From Eledone cirrhosa (taxonomy: Eukaryota): a stretch of 64,000 nucleotides of DNA. The stretch is from NCBI GenBank assembly GCA_964016885.1, contig OZ024741.1, forward strand, positions 282,844,001 through 282,908,000, given 5' to 3'. Position numbers and translations under genes: made by a program. Shown in pieces: positions 12,957 through 26,764 of the stretch; within the stretch, counting starts at the first letter, position 1, and each line of letters opens with the position of its first letter. A model generated the notes under the pieces. It made no database searches. It saw nothing but the letters and a program-made list of their open reading frames with translations, and had not been told where the DNA came from.

Positions 12957-14380
12957 GTGAGTTTTTTTTTAACAAAATGAAAAATAACCGAGGTGTCCTA
13001 CACGAGTGAAAGTATAAGGAAAAATGTTGAAATCGAAAATGCAACTGGAATCTTTTTTTTTTTTAAATATATATATTCATTTGGTTCCTTTACCGGTTTC
13101 GCAGTTCTTCTGCTTTTCAAAAGTAAAGTTGAGATGGAGGGTCTGTGGTTTTTCTCACATCTGGTTGGTCTTTGAATGTTACTTGTTTTATATGGAAAAA
13201 AGTGGCTCGAAATGCCAGGTTTTTAGAGAAGTAGTTTGATTGGTTGGTGAATAAGTATAATAAATTTCGCGCCAGTTCGCGTTACAAATTTCTTCAAACA
13301 AAGGGGGGGGGTTCAGGTTGTTTTTTCATATATGAGTGAAGTTTGGTTGGTTGATGCAGTCACGTGAATAAGCACATCAGCTTTCGCGCCAGTTTGTGTT
13401 TGAAATTCTTTTTACTTAAAGAAAAGTGGCTTACGAAGGGTTTTTTTTATAAATGTAATTTGATTGGTTATAAATGAAATTATGATTGTTTCGTGAACAA
13501 GTACATTAAATTTCGTGCCCGTATTTTGGAATTTTTTTATAGCCATTTAGAGAATTTTGTGCCAAACAAAAGATAATGGTCAAGAAAAAAGAGATGGAGA
13601 GAGTTGTTCTGAGTATGACTGATGTGCTGAAATGTAATTTGATTGGTTATAAATTAAATTATGACTGTCACGTGAACAAGTTAATTAAATTTCGTGTCCG
13701 TATTTGGGAATTTATTTTGTAGCCTTTTAGAGAATTTTGTGCCAAACAAAAGATAATGGTCAAGAGAAATGGGATGGGGAGAATTGTTCTGGTTCAGTGA
13801 ATATGGTTGTGCGCTGAGGTGTCAGAATTCAGACTTTGTATTGAAATAAAGAAAGTAGAGATATGTATGTTTATTTGTGTGCTTGTGTGTGTGTGTGTGT
13901 GTGTGTAGGGAGATGATTCTATTAGTAGAAATGGGGAAGGAAGTTGTGTGTGTGTATGGGTGTTATGCGTGTGTATGTATGTGTGTATGAGAGTATGGTT
14001 AGCATGTTAAGATGGAGAGAATATATATATTTTGTGTGTGTGTATGTGTGTGTATGTATGGGTGTTATGCGTGTGTGGGGGGGGGGTATGGGTGTTATGT
14101 GTGTGTGTGTGTGTGTGTGTGGGAGTATGGTTAGCATGTTAAGATGGAGAGAATATATATATTTTTGTGTGTGTATGTGTAGGAAAATGATTCCGTTAGT
14201 AGAAATGGGGGAGGGAGTTATGTGCGTGTGGGGGTGTGGTTAGCATGTTAAGGTGTTAGAGTATTAACGTATGTTGAGGTTTATTTTGTTCTGGTTTTTA
14301 TTTTCTAAAGTAGAAGGTGTTATGTGTGTGTATGTATGTGTCTGTTTGGATGGTTAGCATGTTATGGTGTTGACATAATG
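12950..14380. repeat. Unclassified interspersed repeat with an internal ~180-bp duplication and GT-rich minisatellite
   Basis: Highly similar to 22895-23875; its left end recurs inverted at 19985-20080 and 23878-24045. Confidence 0.75.
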
Positions 14381-14384
14381 TATA

Positions 14385-16165
14385 TTAAACTATATATAAT
14401 GCTGGTCTATATTTTTGAATAAACATATTTTCCTTATTTATTCGTATTTGTTCTGTTGTATTGTCAGAGCAAAGATAAAATGGGAAGACTTGGAATTTGG
14501 GTGTCTTATTACTTGCGCATATATCTAGATGTGCACTTAGTGGTATCTGCCTCGTGGTTGGATCTCGTAATTGTTGGCGATGAACTGTCATTCTGTTTCT
14601 GAGTGTGAGTTTAGTTTGTCCTATATAATCTTCATTGCACCCGTTTCGTTTAATGGCATAAACTAGATTTTTTGATGAGCAAGTGAAGTGATTTTTTTAC
14701 AGCAAAATGTTGTCCTGATTGAAATGTATACGTGTTGCCTTCAATGAGGTGAGTGCAGGTTCCACAATTAGAACGATCACATTTTTTGACAGTTGGTTGT
14801 GGGTTTGTGGTAGGTAATTTGGCATTGGTGAGCATTTCTTGGGTTGTGTGTTGAGATATATGATAGAATATTGGACGTACCTTGAATTTGTTTCTGTTTT
14901 CGTAATTCATCAATGCCTATTGCTTTAGCTATTTCTATTCCATTGTTTATTAGCAATGGTTGGTACTGTCTATTGAGTAGAATTTCCTTTAATTCTTGAA
15001 GTCTTTTATTTCGCGTTTCATAATTGGAGACAATTGTACAAATTCTTCTTGCTAGGTTAAAAGGGATGTTCGTCTTCGTGTGCTTTGGATGGTTGGAGGT
15101 GAATAGCAGGTATTGTCTGGAATCTGTTGGTTTGTAGTGTATGTCAATTTCAATATATGTGTCTTTTTTAAAGATCAAGATGTCCAGAAATGGGAGTTGA
15201 TCTTGGCTGTATTCCATTGTGAATTGGATGTGGTTATTGATGCCGTTAATTAAATTTTTGAAATCATTTAGTTGGTCGAGTGTGTGAGACCAAAGAATGA
15301 GACAATCATCCAAATATCGTTTCCAATTTTCTGATAAATATTTGTGGAAGTTCAATCCGTATTTTGATTTGGACTGTTCATATATCTGGACTTCGAAGTA
15401 TGCCATGACTAAGTTGGTATAAGTTGGAGCGGCTTTTGTACCCATTGCAGTCCCCGATATTTGCTTGTAAGTACTGCCAAATAAAAAAAGTTGTTCTGTA
15501 AAATAAATTTTAATCCCTCGGTGATGAAGCTTTTTTCTATTCTGTCAGGTATCTCATTGGGATATTTCTCTAGCCAGAATCCTATTGCTTCTAGTCCGTA
15601 TTGGTGTGGGATCGTTGTGTAGAGATTCACTACATCGAAAGACACAATAATAGTGTCGTTGTTGACATGTTTGGGGAGGTGGTTTAAGAGGTCCAGATCG
15701 TCTCTTACAAGGTTTGGTATGTGTTTGAGAATAGGTTTTAGTAGTATGTCTATAAAGTTGCTTAGTCTGTCTATGTGTTTCACATTGTGGGCCCGCTACA
15801 ATTGGTCTTAATTTAAGGTCTGTGGGGTATTGTGTGTTCACGCAGGTTGAGGTGGATTGTTTACAGACATCGTTAATTATTTTACACTTGTGGATCTTCG
15901 GAAATCCGTAAAGATTGCTGGTTTTGTATTCAAAATGTGTTAAATAATCGCATTCCTTTTTAGTTAAGTCTGCCTGGTATCTACAAATGAATTTGTTTAA
16001 TCTGGTCATCGTTTTTGATTGCTGGTAGCTTTTTACTCTTTCATAGTAGTTAGTATTTTGTAAGAGAGACAACATAGCATTTTTATATTGTTCAGCATCC
16101 ATAATGACGACAGTACTTCCCTTGTCCGCTTCCTTAATTATAATCTCCGTATTGTTTTTTAGTTC
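14385..16165 (-). mobile_element. Penelope-like element (Neptune-type RT and GIY-YIG), frameshifted and internally deleted
   Basis: EADKG, LYGFPKIHK, LRPIVAG, FDVVNLYTTIPH, AMGTKAAPTY, WKRYLDD, YKPTDSRQYL..SNHP, CxxxxCxxC linker (CDRSNCGTC), YIGQT and RMTVH. Confidence 0.9.
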
Positions 16166-16226
16166 ATGGATACGGTTGACTATACAGAATGGTCAGTTCT
16201 ATCCAGTGGTGAACCAATAGACCTAA

Positions 16227-16276
<50 letters not shown>

Positions 16277-16281
<5 letters not shown>

Positions 16282-17177
16282 ACTTCCTCCCGTCTGACCT
16301 GTGTGAAATCCTTTTCTTGCTTACATTTCGCAGGGTTTGGACGCGTCTGCTGTATTCTCGTCGTTGATTTGGTCGAACTTAAGTTCACATGTATCATTGA
16401 CTTGTCTCTCATTTTCTCTCTTTACGTTGCATTACTACTTTTGTTTATTTACTGTCCCTCTTTCTCCACCCAATTCGCTCTGACCAAATAACTTATTTTA
16501 GTTATCGCTCGCACTGATTTTGAGGTATCTGGTCTTTAATGCGAAGAAATATCGATGATAGTCAGAAGATCCCTGATGATGGACAGTCCCGCTTCTCGCT
16601 CTATTTTTCATTCATATGTATCACACTCGCAACAACGCAGCACGCCATTTTTTCATTCATATATAATTTTTCCCCTCGCTGTGGTTCGTCTTTTTCTATC
16701 ACCTTACTGCTATCCTCTTTCTCTATCCCCCTTCTCTCTCCTTGTACCTCTTGCTTTCATTCACTCCCTCTGCTGGTCACACTCTCTCGGCTGGCCTCTT
16801 CCTCACACTTTCACTCACTCACTCTCTGCTGCTCCCCCCTCTCTCACTTCCTGCCGTCTGACCTGTGTGAAATCCTTTTCTTGCTCACATTTCGCAGGGT
16901 TCGGACGCGTCTGCCGTCTTCTCGTCGTTGATTTGGTCGAACTTAAGTTCACATGTATCATTGACTTGTCTCTCATTTCCTCTCTTTACGTTGCATTACT
17001 ACTTTTGTTTGTTTATTGTCCCTCTTTCTCCACCCAATTTTCTCTGTCCCAATAACTTATTTTAGTTATTGCTCGCACTGATTTTGAGGCATCTGGTCTT
17101 TAATGCGAAGAAATATCGATGATAGTCAGAAGATCACTGATGATGGACAGTCCCGTTTCTCGCTCTATTTTTCATTT
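16277..17177 (+). repeat. Partial tandem repeat (~563-bp period), pLTR-like
   Basis: 16277-16612 repeats 16841-17177. Each copy contains CTGATGA-TGGAC-A-GTCC. A related segment lies at 21600-21750. Adjacent to the PLE 5' end. Confidence 0.7.
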
Positions 17178-17259
17178 ATATATATATATATATATATTGT
17201 AGGACGTGAGTTTTGTTGTAGCACAATAAAGCAATGCAAATATCGGATAAGTAGCACTC

Positions 17260-19140
17260 AACAGTTTATAGGACTTTCTTTAGCGTCAAAGATAAGTTTA
17301 TTAGAAGATAGATTTGAGATTCTTTTTTCAACATTACTGACTATAGCATTTTTAACGTTAATAGGGTGGTTAGATTTAAAATTAACATAATTTAGATTCT
17401 CATTGTCTTTATGGTAAGGGTAAGACATTCCTATCCCTGGTAAATCTGAATTCATTAAACTTCTAATTGAAAAAACTGACTCTTTTGTGAGAAAGCTTAG
17501 ATGGATCGCTTTTTTCCACGACCAGCGCTTAAAAGGAAATTTTTATACTAAGGAACGTAACAATATTGATTATTTATTTAACTCTAGAAGAAATCCTCCT
17601 TTCACTAAAAATCTAGCACAGTTTGAGGAAGAACTAACTAATATTATAAGAGGACTTAAATTCAAGAGAAACCCTTATAGAGAACAGGAGCACCTTATAA
17701 ATCTCAGGAATAAGATTTCGCACCTTAATTCTTCTATAAAAGTCTTAATCCATTCCGACAAAACTAATAATTTATATGGTGCATCTAAAGATAAATATAA
17801 TAACCTTAATCACAATTCTTCTTTTAAATACCAACTTAAAAGAACTAACACAGAACTCATATGGTCCTTAAAGGACAAACATATTAACTACAACATTTCT
17901 TGGAGAAAGGTTTGCAACGCCTCTCCTTACCTTAATTCTACCCTATCCAGAACATGTAATCTCTGCCTAGCGGAGAAATTTACCATTATCTCTAATTTGA
18001 ATTCTATAATAAATAGACGTACGGATTTATTTTCGCTCTGCTTGCATAAATCCCATAGAACTTACTACCTAATTAGTTTAAAATCTTTTTTTCTCAAACG
18101 CTTTTATATTTTTTACAAATATACCCATCTTTCTACCTTACTTCAATATATTATACAATATTACTCATACTATGTCGTTAGCGGTTCCCTTAATTTTCTT
18201 CTTTTTTAATTTCTAATCTTTAATCTGCAACTTTTACTTCTCAATTACTTCTTAATTCATCTTATAACTCACTATAGCATTTTCCTTATATTCTCGGCCA
18301 TACAAATTTTTATTTTTAATATATACTAATATTACCATTAGAGAAATTTTGTAAACATATTTTTTTGACGTTATATATTTTTTCTTCCTTGAATTTTTTC
18401 TTTCTTCTCTCCTTCCATGCTCGTATTAAATCTATTATTTACTTTTTCCTATTACAATATATAGAAACAAACTTGGACCCTAATTAATTCCTCTAAGTTC
18501 ATAATTCATTTAACCTTATCTTCATTCACCTTATCTTCTTAATATATTTTATTTTAATAATACATTTTAATAAATTCCTTTTCGCACATCTTATTAAACC
18601 CTTCAATATATAAACCTTAAATAAATAGTATTCTTAATTCCTTTCTCTTTAATCATAAGCATCACCATTCATAAACCTCATTAACTTTTAATTTCTTAAT
18701 TTTTTTAAAATTATGTATTATCTTACAACGTTTTTTTGTTTTTTTTTTCTCTGTGAGACAGTGTTTCTCAGTATTAAAAGTTATGTCTCTCTCTCTCACT
18801 CATTTCTCCTCCTCTCTCATCCTTCCTTCTTATATTCCTCCTCCGTCATCCTTTCCTTATTATTATTATTTTTTCTTCTATCTATATTCTTTCTTCCTCT
18901 TCCTTACCTTTTCTTTCCCCCTTCTTTTCCTTTTTTCCAATCTCATATATCCATCTTATTTTATTTTTCATATGTTGATTTAACACTTCACTGCTCGCAA
19001 GTGTTTTTTAAGCTTCATATCATGTCTCCCTATTTTATCAGATGAGAACGCAAATATCATCCCATGATGATATTTGTTTTTGAAATGCACATAATAAAAT
19101 ACATGGAAATCTTTTAACCATCTTTTGATTTTATATTATA
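17260..19140 (+). mobile_element. Rearranged Penelope-like element (Naiad-like motifs)
   Basis: N-terminal IPIPGK..LIEK..FVRKLRW and SDKTNNLY are fused to the GIY-YIG C-terminus (CNLCLAEK...INRR...CLH). An inverted thumb piece (YHK...SNHP...RIS) is at 17260-17425. The AT-rich 3' region ends in a hammerhead motif. Confidence 0.8.
19031..19101 (+). ncRNA. Type I hammerhead motif with mutated core (CAGAUGA)
   Basis: TATTTTAT-CAGATGA-stem II (CAAATATCATC/GATGATATTTG)-GAAAT-gcac-ATA-ATAAAATA. Confidence 0.7.
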
Positions 19141-20072
19141 TTTATATATATATATATGTATGTATAGCACAATCTTTATTGCCGTTTGTTTATAGCAAAT
19201 CATGTAGATAAAAATATTATTAGTTTTGTCTAGTGGTGATTTTTTAAATACTGCTCCCTATTACAGTAAACATATATAATGCTTTGCACTTGGAAGAAAC
19301 ATTAGGTATGTTGTCAGTGAAAAGGGCATGACCAGAAAAATAAATTTAGATTTTATTTATCCTTTCTTTTTTTTTTTTTGCACAATCAGAACCTCTGAAA
19401 TTCAAACAAAATGTGAAGGCTATTTTAAAAAGCATAAATAAAATAAAATAAAATAAAATAATAAATTTACCATTGGTTTATGAAGGAATGAAGAATTTAC
19501 TTACTCACACCTGTAATTTAGGAAAGTTTATTTAAATGTGTATAAGTGTGGTAAATATATACATACCAGCCGGATAGCGCCTCCATCAGATCTTTTAGAA
19601 AGCCCTCACAACCAGTGCGACAATAGCAGGATTGTGGCAAAACTAATGGTCCAACACCACAGTTGTAACTTTTACCACGGAATCGAGTGATTATGGTGGT
19701 TGAGCATTCCAGTGATGGTATTTTTCACGCGTCAAAATAGCTCCCCCCCCCTTTGATACGTACTCGGAGCGACAATGTGACTTGAGAGGGCGTGCGGTAT
19801 CTTGCACTGGGGTGGCGGGTGCTTCCTAAAAAGATAAAATGCCGGTATACCTAGCCGGGCGCCAGCCGGACGGACCAGATAGTATATCTATATATATATA
19901 CTGACGTACCTAGCTTCGCTCGGATAAATAGACGATAAGAGAAGACAGGTAAAAATTCTACAAAATTCAACTTTTGAAAAGACTCTTGTTGCATTTTCGA
20001 TTTCATCTCTTTTCCTTATACTTTCACTCGTGTAGGACACCTCGTTTTTTTCATTTTGTTAAAAAACCTCAG

Positions 20073-20144
<72 letters not shown>

Positions 20145-20146
<2 letters not shown>

Positions 20147-21500
20147 AGATCAAAAGATGGTTAAAGGAGTTCCATATATTTTATTATGCGCATTTCAAAA
20201 ACAAACATCATCAAGCAATAATATTTGTGTTTTCATCAGATAAAACAGGAGAACATGATATGAAGGCTAAAAAACACTTGTTGATAGTGCAGTTTTAAAT
20301 CAACATATGAAAAGTGGTTTTAGATTGATGTGTGATATTGGGAAAAATATTTTATTTAGAGAGGGGGGGGGGGGAGGAAAAGGATGAGAAGGGAAGGAGA
20401 TGAGAGGGAGAGATGGGTGATAGAGAGAAAGAGATAGTTTTTATAACTGAGAGGAGATATATTTTTTATATAGAGGGGTTGAAAACCGTTGGAAGATACT
20501 GTATAAATTAAAAATTTTGAAAATTAACGAAGGGGGGATATGTGCGAGGAAAAAATATTTTATTTAGGGAGGGGGGGGGGATGAAAAAAGGGGGGAGGAG
20601 ATGAGAGTGAAGGTGGAGAGGGAGAGATGGGTGATAGAGAGAAAGAGATAGTTTTTATAACTGAGAAAAAGATATATTGTTTTAATATAGAGAGGTTGGG
20701 AACCGTTGGAAGATAATGTATAAATTAAAGGAATTTAAAAATTAACGAAGGGAAATTATGTATGAAGATAGAGAGAAAAAAATAATAATTGTGGGTGAAT
20801 ATTCTAACGTCAAAAGAAGAAATGTATGTATTGTGGCAATTTCAAAATTAGCAAAGAGAGAAATGTTAAGGTTTATGTGTAGAAGGATTTGAGAAAAATA
20901 ATGTGAAGTTAAAGTTTGTATATTGAATTCATATGTATTAATAATGAGTTCGTTGATGGGGAGAAAAAAATAATAATAAATTCAGGATGAAATTGAGATT
21001 AAAAAGATTTATGATAGAGAGAAAAAAATAATAATGATTGCGGATGAATATTCAAAATGTCAAAAACAAATGTTATTGTTTTACGAGAAGATAGAATGAG
21101 GGTAATGAGTAAACGAGTATTATAGAGTGTATAATGCCCTTTAAAGTAAGGTAGATGGGTATATTTTAAAGAGGTGTATGTATATGTGCTTTTGAGAAAA
21201 GATTCTAAATTGATAAAGAATTGAATATTAACTGTATATTTTGTGAAAAGTTCTATGGAATTTATGCAGGCAGATAGAAAACAAATCTGAGCGTCTATTT
21301 ATTATGGATTCTAGGTTAGAGATAATGGTAAATTTTTCATTTAGGCAGAGATTACAGATTTTAGATAGAGAGCTGTTCAAGTATGAGGATGCAGAAGAAA
21401 TCTTTTTCCAAAAGATGCTATATTTAATGTTTTTGTCTTTTAAGGACCATATGAGTTCTGAGAGAGCAGTGTTAGTTCTTTTAAGTTTGTATTACAATAA
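20145..21500 (-). mobile_element. 3' part of the same PLE family, tail-to-tail with 17260-19140
   Basis: Minus strand encodes ELIWSLKDK...CNLCLNEKFTIISNL..INRRSDLFSICLHK; 3' end homologous to 18980-19140. Confidence 0.8.
20178..20246 (-). ncRNA. Type I hammerhead ribozyme motif
   Basis: Minus strand: GTTTTAT-CTGATGA-stem II-GAAAT-gcgc-ATA-ATAAAAT; palindromic stem III ATGCGCAT; AUA triplet. Confidence 0.8.
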
Positions 21501-21511
21501 AACTCACCTCC

Positions 21512-21600
<89 letters not shown>

Positions 21601-21757
21601 TCGTTGTTTGTTTACATGTCTCGCTCGTTTCACTCTATTTTACTTGTCCCAATAACTTTATTTAATTATTGCTCGCACCAACCAGAGGTATATGATTTTT
21701 AAAGCGATGAAATACCAATGAAGGTTGGAAGATCACTGATGAAGGACTAATTTTATT

Positions 21758-21788
<31 letters not shown>

Positions 21789-22478
21789 GTACTTGGATGT
21801 GTAAGTATTACAAACTTGTTTCGATTCTGCTGTGCGAGTGTGTCTGTGTGTTGAAACAGCTGCACTGGCATAATGCTAGAAGGCAACTCCGCTATTCTAA
21901 TTGCTTCCCCTTTTCGAATATACTTTATTGCCATGGTTTTTTCATAAACCGAGTCGTTGCTCGTCTCTTGGAAAAAGTTACATCTATGGTGCAAATTTGG
22001 TGCCGTTTGGTCCAGCCGTTTGGCCAAAAGTTTGTTACATAGATACATAGTTTGTTATACGACCGCCAGCTTTATTAATATAGCTAGATGTGTAGATTAA
22101 ACCTAATTATAGTATATAACGGCTCCAATATTTTTTTTATTTGTAGAGTTACCGTAATGTGACTTGTCAGGAGCTATCTTTAGCACTTCTTATGACCTGT
22201 CTTGTAATATTGAGTTAAACGTTATTTTTACACCATGGGGAGATTAATTCATACATCTTCCTTGGGCAGGTAACTAGCAGTTTGTGCAGGGTGAGATATA
22301 TATAGAAAAGACCAAAAAACTTACTATTTAGAATCGTGGGCTTAATGATGCGTATTACCAAAGTCAATAATTGGTGATTGATATCATCATTAAAATCGAT
22401 TGTATGCGTCTTTTTCTGGGATTTCATGAAACGGATTCTTATAGGTTGACTTTAGGCGATTTTGACTTGATTTAGGCG

Positions 22479-22550
<72 letters not shown>

Positions 22551-22894
22551 ATAATACTGGTGGTTTCTCAACTTGAAATCCGAAAATTCTTTTTATATAT
22601 ATATCGTTCAAATGTGCATGATTGATGCTCTGAGCTTAATGCATGGAGCTTTCTTTGTAATCGATATATATTTTATATGTATAGATTAAACCTAATTATA
22701 ATATACATATATATAAGGACTTCTGTCCGCAACATCGAAACCTCCTCCACTTCCGCTAAGCGTGAACCTAATATATCTGTGTAAAAACTGCCTCCTGTGT
22801 TTTTTATTTTATTTTATTTATTAACTATATATATATAAGAAACCACTGGTAAATGAAATAATTGCCTTATGTTGTTTATTACATAACTATATAT

Positions 22895-23555
22895 ATATAT
22901 AAAGAAAAAAATATGAAATCGAAAATGCAACTGGAATCTTATTTTAAAAAAAATAAACATATTTATTTGGTTCCTTTACCGGTTTCGCAGTTCTTCTGCT
23001 TTTCAAAAGTAGAATTGAGATGGAGGGTCTGTGGTTTTTCTCACATCTGGTTGGTCTTTGAATGTTACTTGTTTTATATGGAAAAAAGTGGCTCAAAAGG
23101 CCAGGTTTTTAGAGAAGTAATTTAATTGGTTGGTCAATAATTATAATAAATTTCGCGCCAGTTCGCGTTACAAAGTTCTTCACAAACAGGGCCGGGGGGG
23201 GGGGGGGGGGGGCTCAGGTTGTTTTTTCATATATGAGTGTTTGAATTTCTTTTTACTTAAAAAAAAGGGACTCACGAAGGTTTTTTTTTTTAATAAACGT
23301 AATTTGATTGGTTATAAATGAAATTATCGCTGTCACGTGAACAAGTTTTCATTAAATTTTGCGCCCGTATTTGGAAATCTATTCTGTAGCCTTTTTAGAG
23401 AATTTTATGACAAGCAAAAGATAATGGTCAAGAGAAATGGGATGGGAGAATTGTTCTGGTTCCGTGAATATGGTTAGTTCGCTGGGGTGTCAGAATTCAG
23501 ATTTTCTATTGAAATAAAGAGAGTAAAGATATGTATGTTTATTTGTGTGCTTGTG

Positions 23556-23602
<47 letters not shown>

Positions 23603-23875
23603 TGGAAGATGATTCTATTAGTAGAAATGGGGGAGGGAGTTGTGTGTGTGTGTATATGGGTGTTATGTGTGTGTGTGTGTGTGGGAGTATGTTAAGATGG
23701 AGAGAATATATATATTTTGTGTGTGTGTATATATGTGTGTAGGAAAGTGATTCTATTAGTAGAAATGGGGGAGGGAGTTGTGTGTGGGGGGGTGGGGGTT
23801 GTTATGTGTGTGTATGGGTGTTATGTGTGTGTGGGAGTATGGTTAGCATGTTAAGATGAAGAGAATATATATATA
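22895..23875. repeat. Second copy of the 12950-14380 repeat
   Basis: Near-identical spurious ORFs (13024 vs 22862) and the same GT-rich minisatellite. Confidence 0.8.
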
Positions 23876-24038
23876 TTGAAAAGCAGAAGAACTGCGAAAC
23901 CGGTAAAGGAACCAAATAAATATATATATATTTTAAAAATAAGACTCCAGTTGCATTTTCGATTTCATCACTTTTTCTTTATACTTTCACTCGTGTAGGA
24001 CACCTCGGTTATTTTTCATTTTGTAAAAAAAACCTTAC

Positions 24039-24097
<59 letters not shown>

Positions 24098-24276
24098 CAA
24101 TAACAGAGATAGTTTAAAGCTAATCTCTGACTGGTAACCATCTCACTCAACAAACATTAGGTTATATTTTAATACAAACCCAATTTAAGTGTTTGGGGTG
24201 CTAACAATATGTATTATGTGGAAAAGCCAGTTGTATTATTTTATGAGATATAATTAAAGTTAAAATATATCTCTCA

Positions 24277-24401
24277 TTCCAAACAATTGTTTCATTATAA
24301 GTTTTCTACAAATTCGGAGAATATTACCAGTTTATGTAGAAGCTTAATATACATTCATGTAAGAATATATTTAGGTGGGCGCTTATAAATCATCAGTGGA
24401 A
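24277..24401 (-). ncRNA. Type I hammerhead motif with 96-nt branched stem II
   Basis: Minus strand: TTCCA-CTGATGA-tTTATAAG...CTTATAAt-GAAAC-AATT-GTT-TGGAA. Confidence 0.75.
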
Positions 24402-24491
24402 GCCCATTAAACTTTGATATAAGAAAAACATTTCTTACCACAGTTAAAAATCGTGTCTGTTAAGTTGCTCCTTCCCGCATCGAATGACCGG

Positions 24492-24544
<53 letters not shown>

Positions 24545-24547
<3 letters not shown>

Positions 24548-25250
24548 CTGCTAAGAAGTGCAGAAACATCATTGGCTAAAATTGGACTGCATATAAATGT
24601 CAAGAAAACTGAATATATGATCTACGACCAATTGAGTAACACCGAACTGTTCTCATTGAGCTGTTTCAAATTGAATGTTGTTAAAAACTTTAAGAATTTA
24701 GGTAGTTGGGTGAACAGTCCTGAACCAGATATCAAGGTGAAGAGGCCGCAAGCATAGACAGCCTGTCACAAACTAAAGAAAATCTGACACGCCAAATTGC
24801 CTAGGAGGATCAAAATCAAACTATTCCTTACAACTGACTGTTGAATCCATACTTTTGAATGGTTGTGAAACATGGACACTGACTGAGGTCAACAAGCGGG
24901 CTAAACGGCTGCTACACAAGGATGCCACGAATGACCTTTAATGTGAAATGGCAACAACATATAACAAATAAATGCCTTTATGGAGATCTGCCAAAAGTCA
25001 GCGAAAAGATCAGGTAAAGACGACACACCATATCTGGTCATTGAGTGCGACACTCTGAACTGGAAGCATCCACGTTAGTCCTCTGGAAGCCATGGAGTTG
25101 TAAGGAGAGAGAAACGCCGATACACTTACATCGATAACCTAATCAAAGACACTGGTGTGTACTGCGTCCAGGACCTCAGGGCGGTGATGTTGGACCAGAT
25201 GTGTGGTGAAGGGACTTTGTTGCTGCGGCCCGGATTGAAACCGACTAAGA
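24545..25250 (+). pseudogene. RTE-group LINE 3' fragment
   Basis: AKIGLHINVKKTEYM, FKNLGSWV, ESILLNGCETWTLT and GCYTRM motifs, with stops. Confidence 0.75.
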
Positions 25251-25251
25251 A

Positions 25252-25295
<44 letters not shown>

Positions 25296-25297
<2 letters not shown>

Positions 25298-26071
25298 TAT
25301 ATAAATGGCAAATTCTGTCTGTCTGTGTATCTGTGTATAACCAGTTGGCGCCTACACCAGTGATCTGATCCTAATGCAACTCTACACACATGTTAAGCTA
25401 ATATTCAGAAACAGGACTGGCTAATTGGATTTCAATAAAAATCAATAACCCCTGGGGACATCTTTGCAATGGAGAGGAAAGAGAAGACGTTTCAGGGAGA
25501 GAGGGGGAAGAAGAGATACTACTGTATGTTAAACCCTCCCTCCCACTACTCCCCTTCCTCCTCCCACAACTCATTCCTCCAAAACGAGGCAACAACTTAT
25601 TAGAAATGAGTTTATTTTGTCGATATTTCGAGGTGTCGGATCGTGGGAAGATTGTCCTTGGTATATAAATGCGTGCTATTGAATTTACAAACGGTGATAT
25701 ACAGGGTGCTTGAACAGTACCTGAATATGTTCACTCAGTTATAATTTCTTCAATAATTTCGATGACTTCCTCAATTGTTCTTGAGCGCTAAGGCAGTAAG
25801 TTTGGTATTCTTATACATAAGTTTGTTGAATAAGTTCGATACTTTTCGAGGTCAAACTTCCCCGGCTTATTCACTCTGAATGAAGAAAGCTGGATGGAAG
25901 AAGGACTTATGACAGCTATTGATAGTTCCACACAAAAACACACCTAGCAAAGGTTGTATATTGAAAATCCAGTATGGGCACCCAGGGTCGCTAGCATTTT
26001 CAGGCGCACTCTGGGAACTGAAAATACCCCCCCCCCCCCTTTCCAGGGTATTACTGGGTACTGCAGCTAGT
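25296..26071 (+). mobile_element. Helitron-like non-autonomous element
   Basis: Starts TACTATATAAATGG..(CTGT)n; ends with a CCAG..CTGG hairpin followed by GCAGCTAG|T. Confidence 0.5.
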
Positions 26072-26764
26072 ATATATATATTCCTTCCAAGTAGTGTGCC
26101 GTTTGTTTTGTTATTTCTGTTTACCTTTCACACACATATATATGTCTATACTACGTTATCAATTTTTCTGGTGGACATGTTAATTTATTTGTTTACAAAG
26201 TTTAAGAATATCATGGCAACTTTGGAACTGATATTGAAATTATATAGACAATTATGACGTGTAATGTTTTGTTTCTTTTTCTACGTAATTTAGTATTGAT
26301 GCTTTCTTGAAGAATCCTTCCGACAGACCAGATTTATTGAAGGATATCCTGGAAAATCGAATTCCAGAAACGAACTTTACCTCGTGTTTATATATTGATC
26401 ATCTTCAACGTACAAGTTAAATCAGCGCGCCTCCCTCACCATCCTCCGGGGAAACACCTCTATTCTGTCCACCGGCGCCGCGGGGCGTCCAGCAGGTGGG
26501 TTCCCATTTTCTCACAATAGTGAGAGATGAGGAGAGCGGGAGAGATAGAGGCAGTGACAGCGGGAGAGACGGAGGCAGTGACATTGTATTCGGACCTAGT
26601 ATATATATGTATGTATTTATTTACCATACCACATTAACTGTTACTAGCAGAAAAACAGCCCTCGGGCGGTTTTCTGCTAGCATATGTGGTATGCATATTG
26701 GTATTATACGCAAATATATATGCATATAGATATGATATGTAAATTGAAAAGTAAATTGACAATA

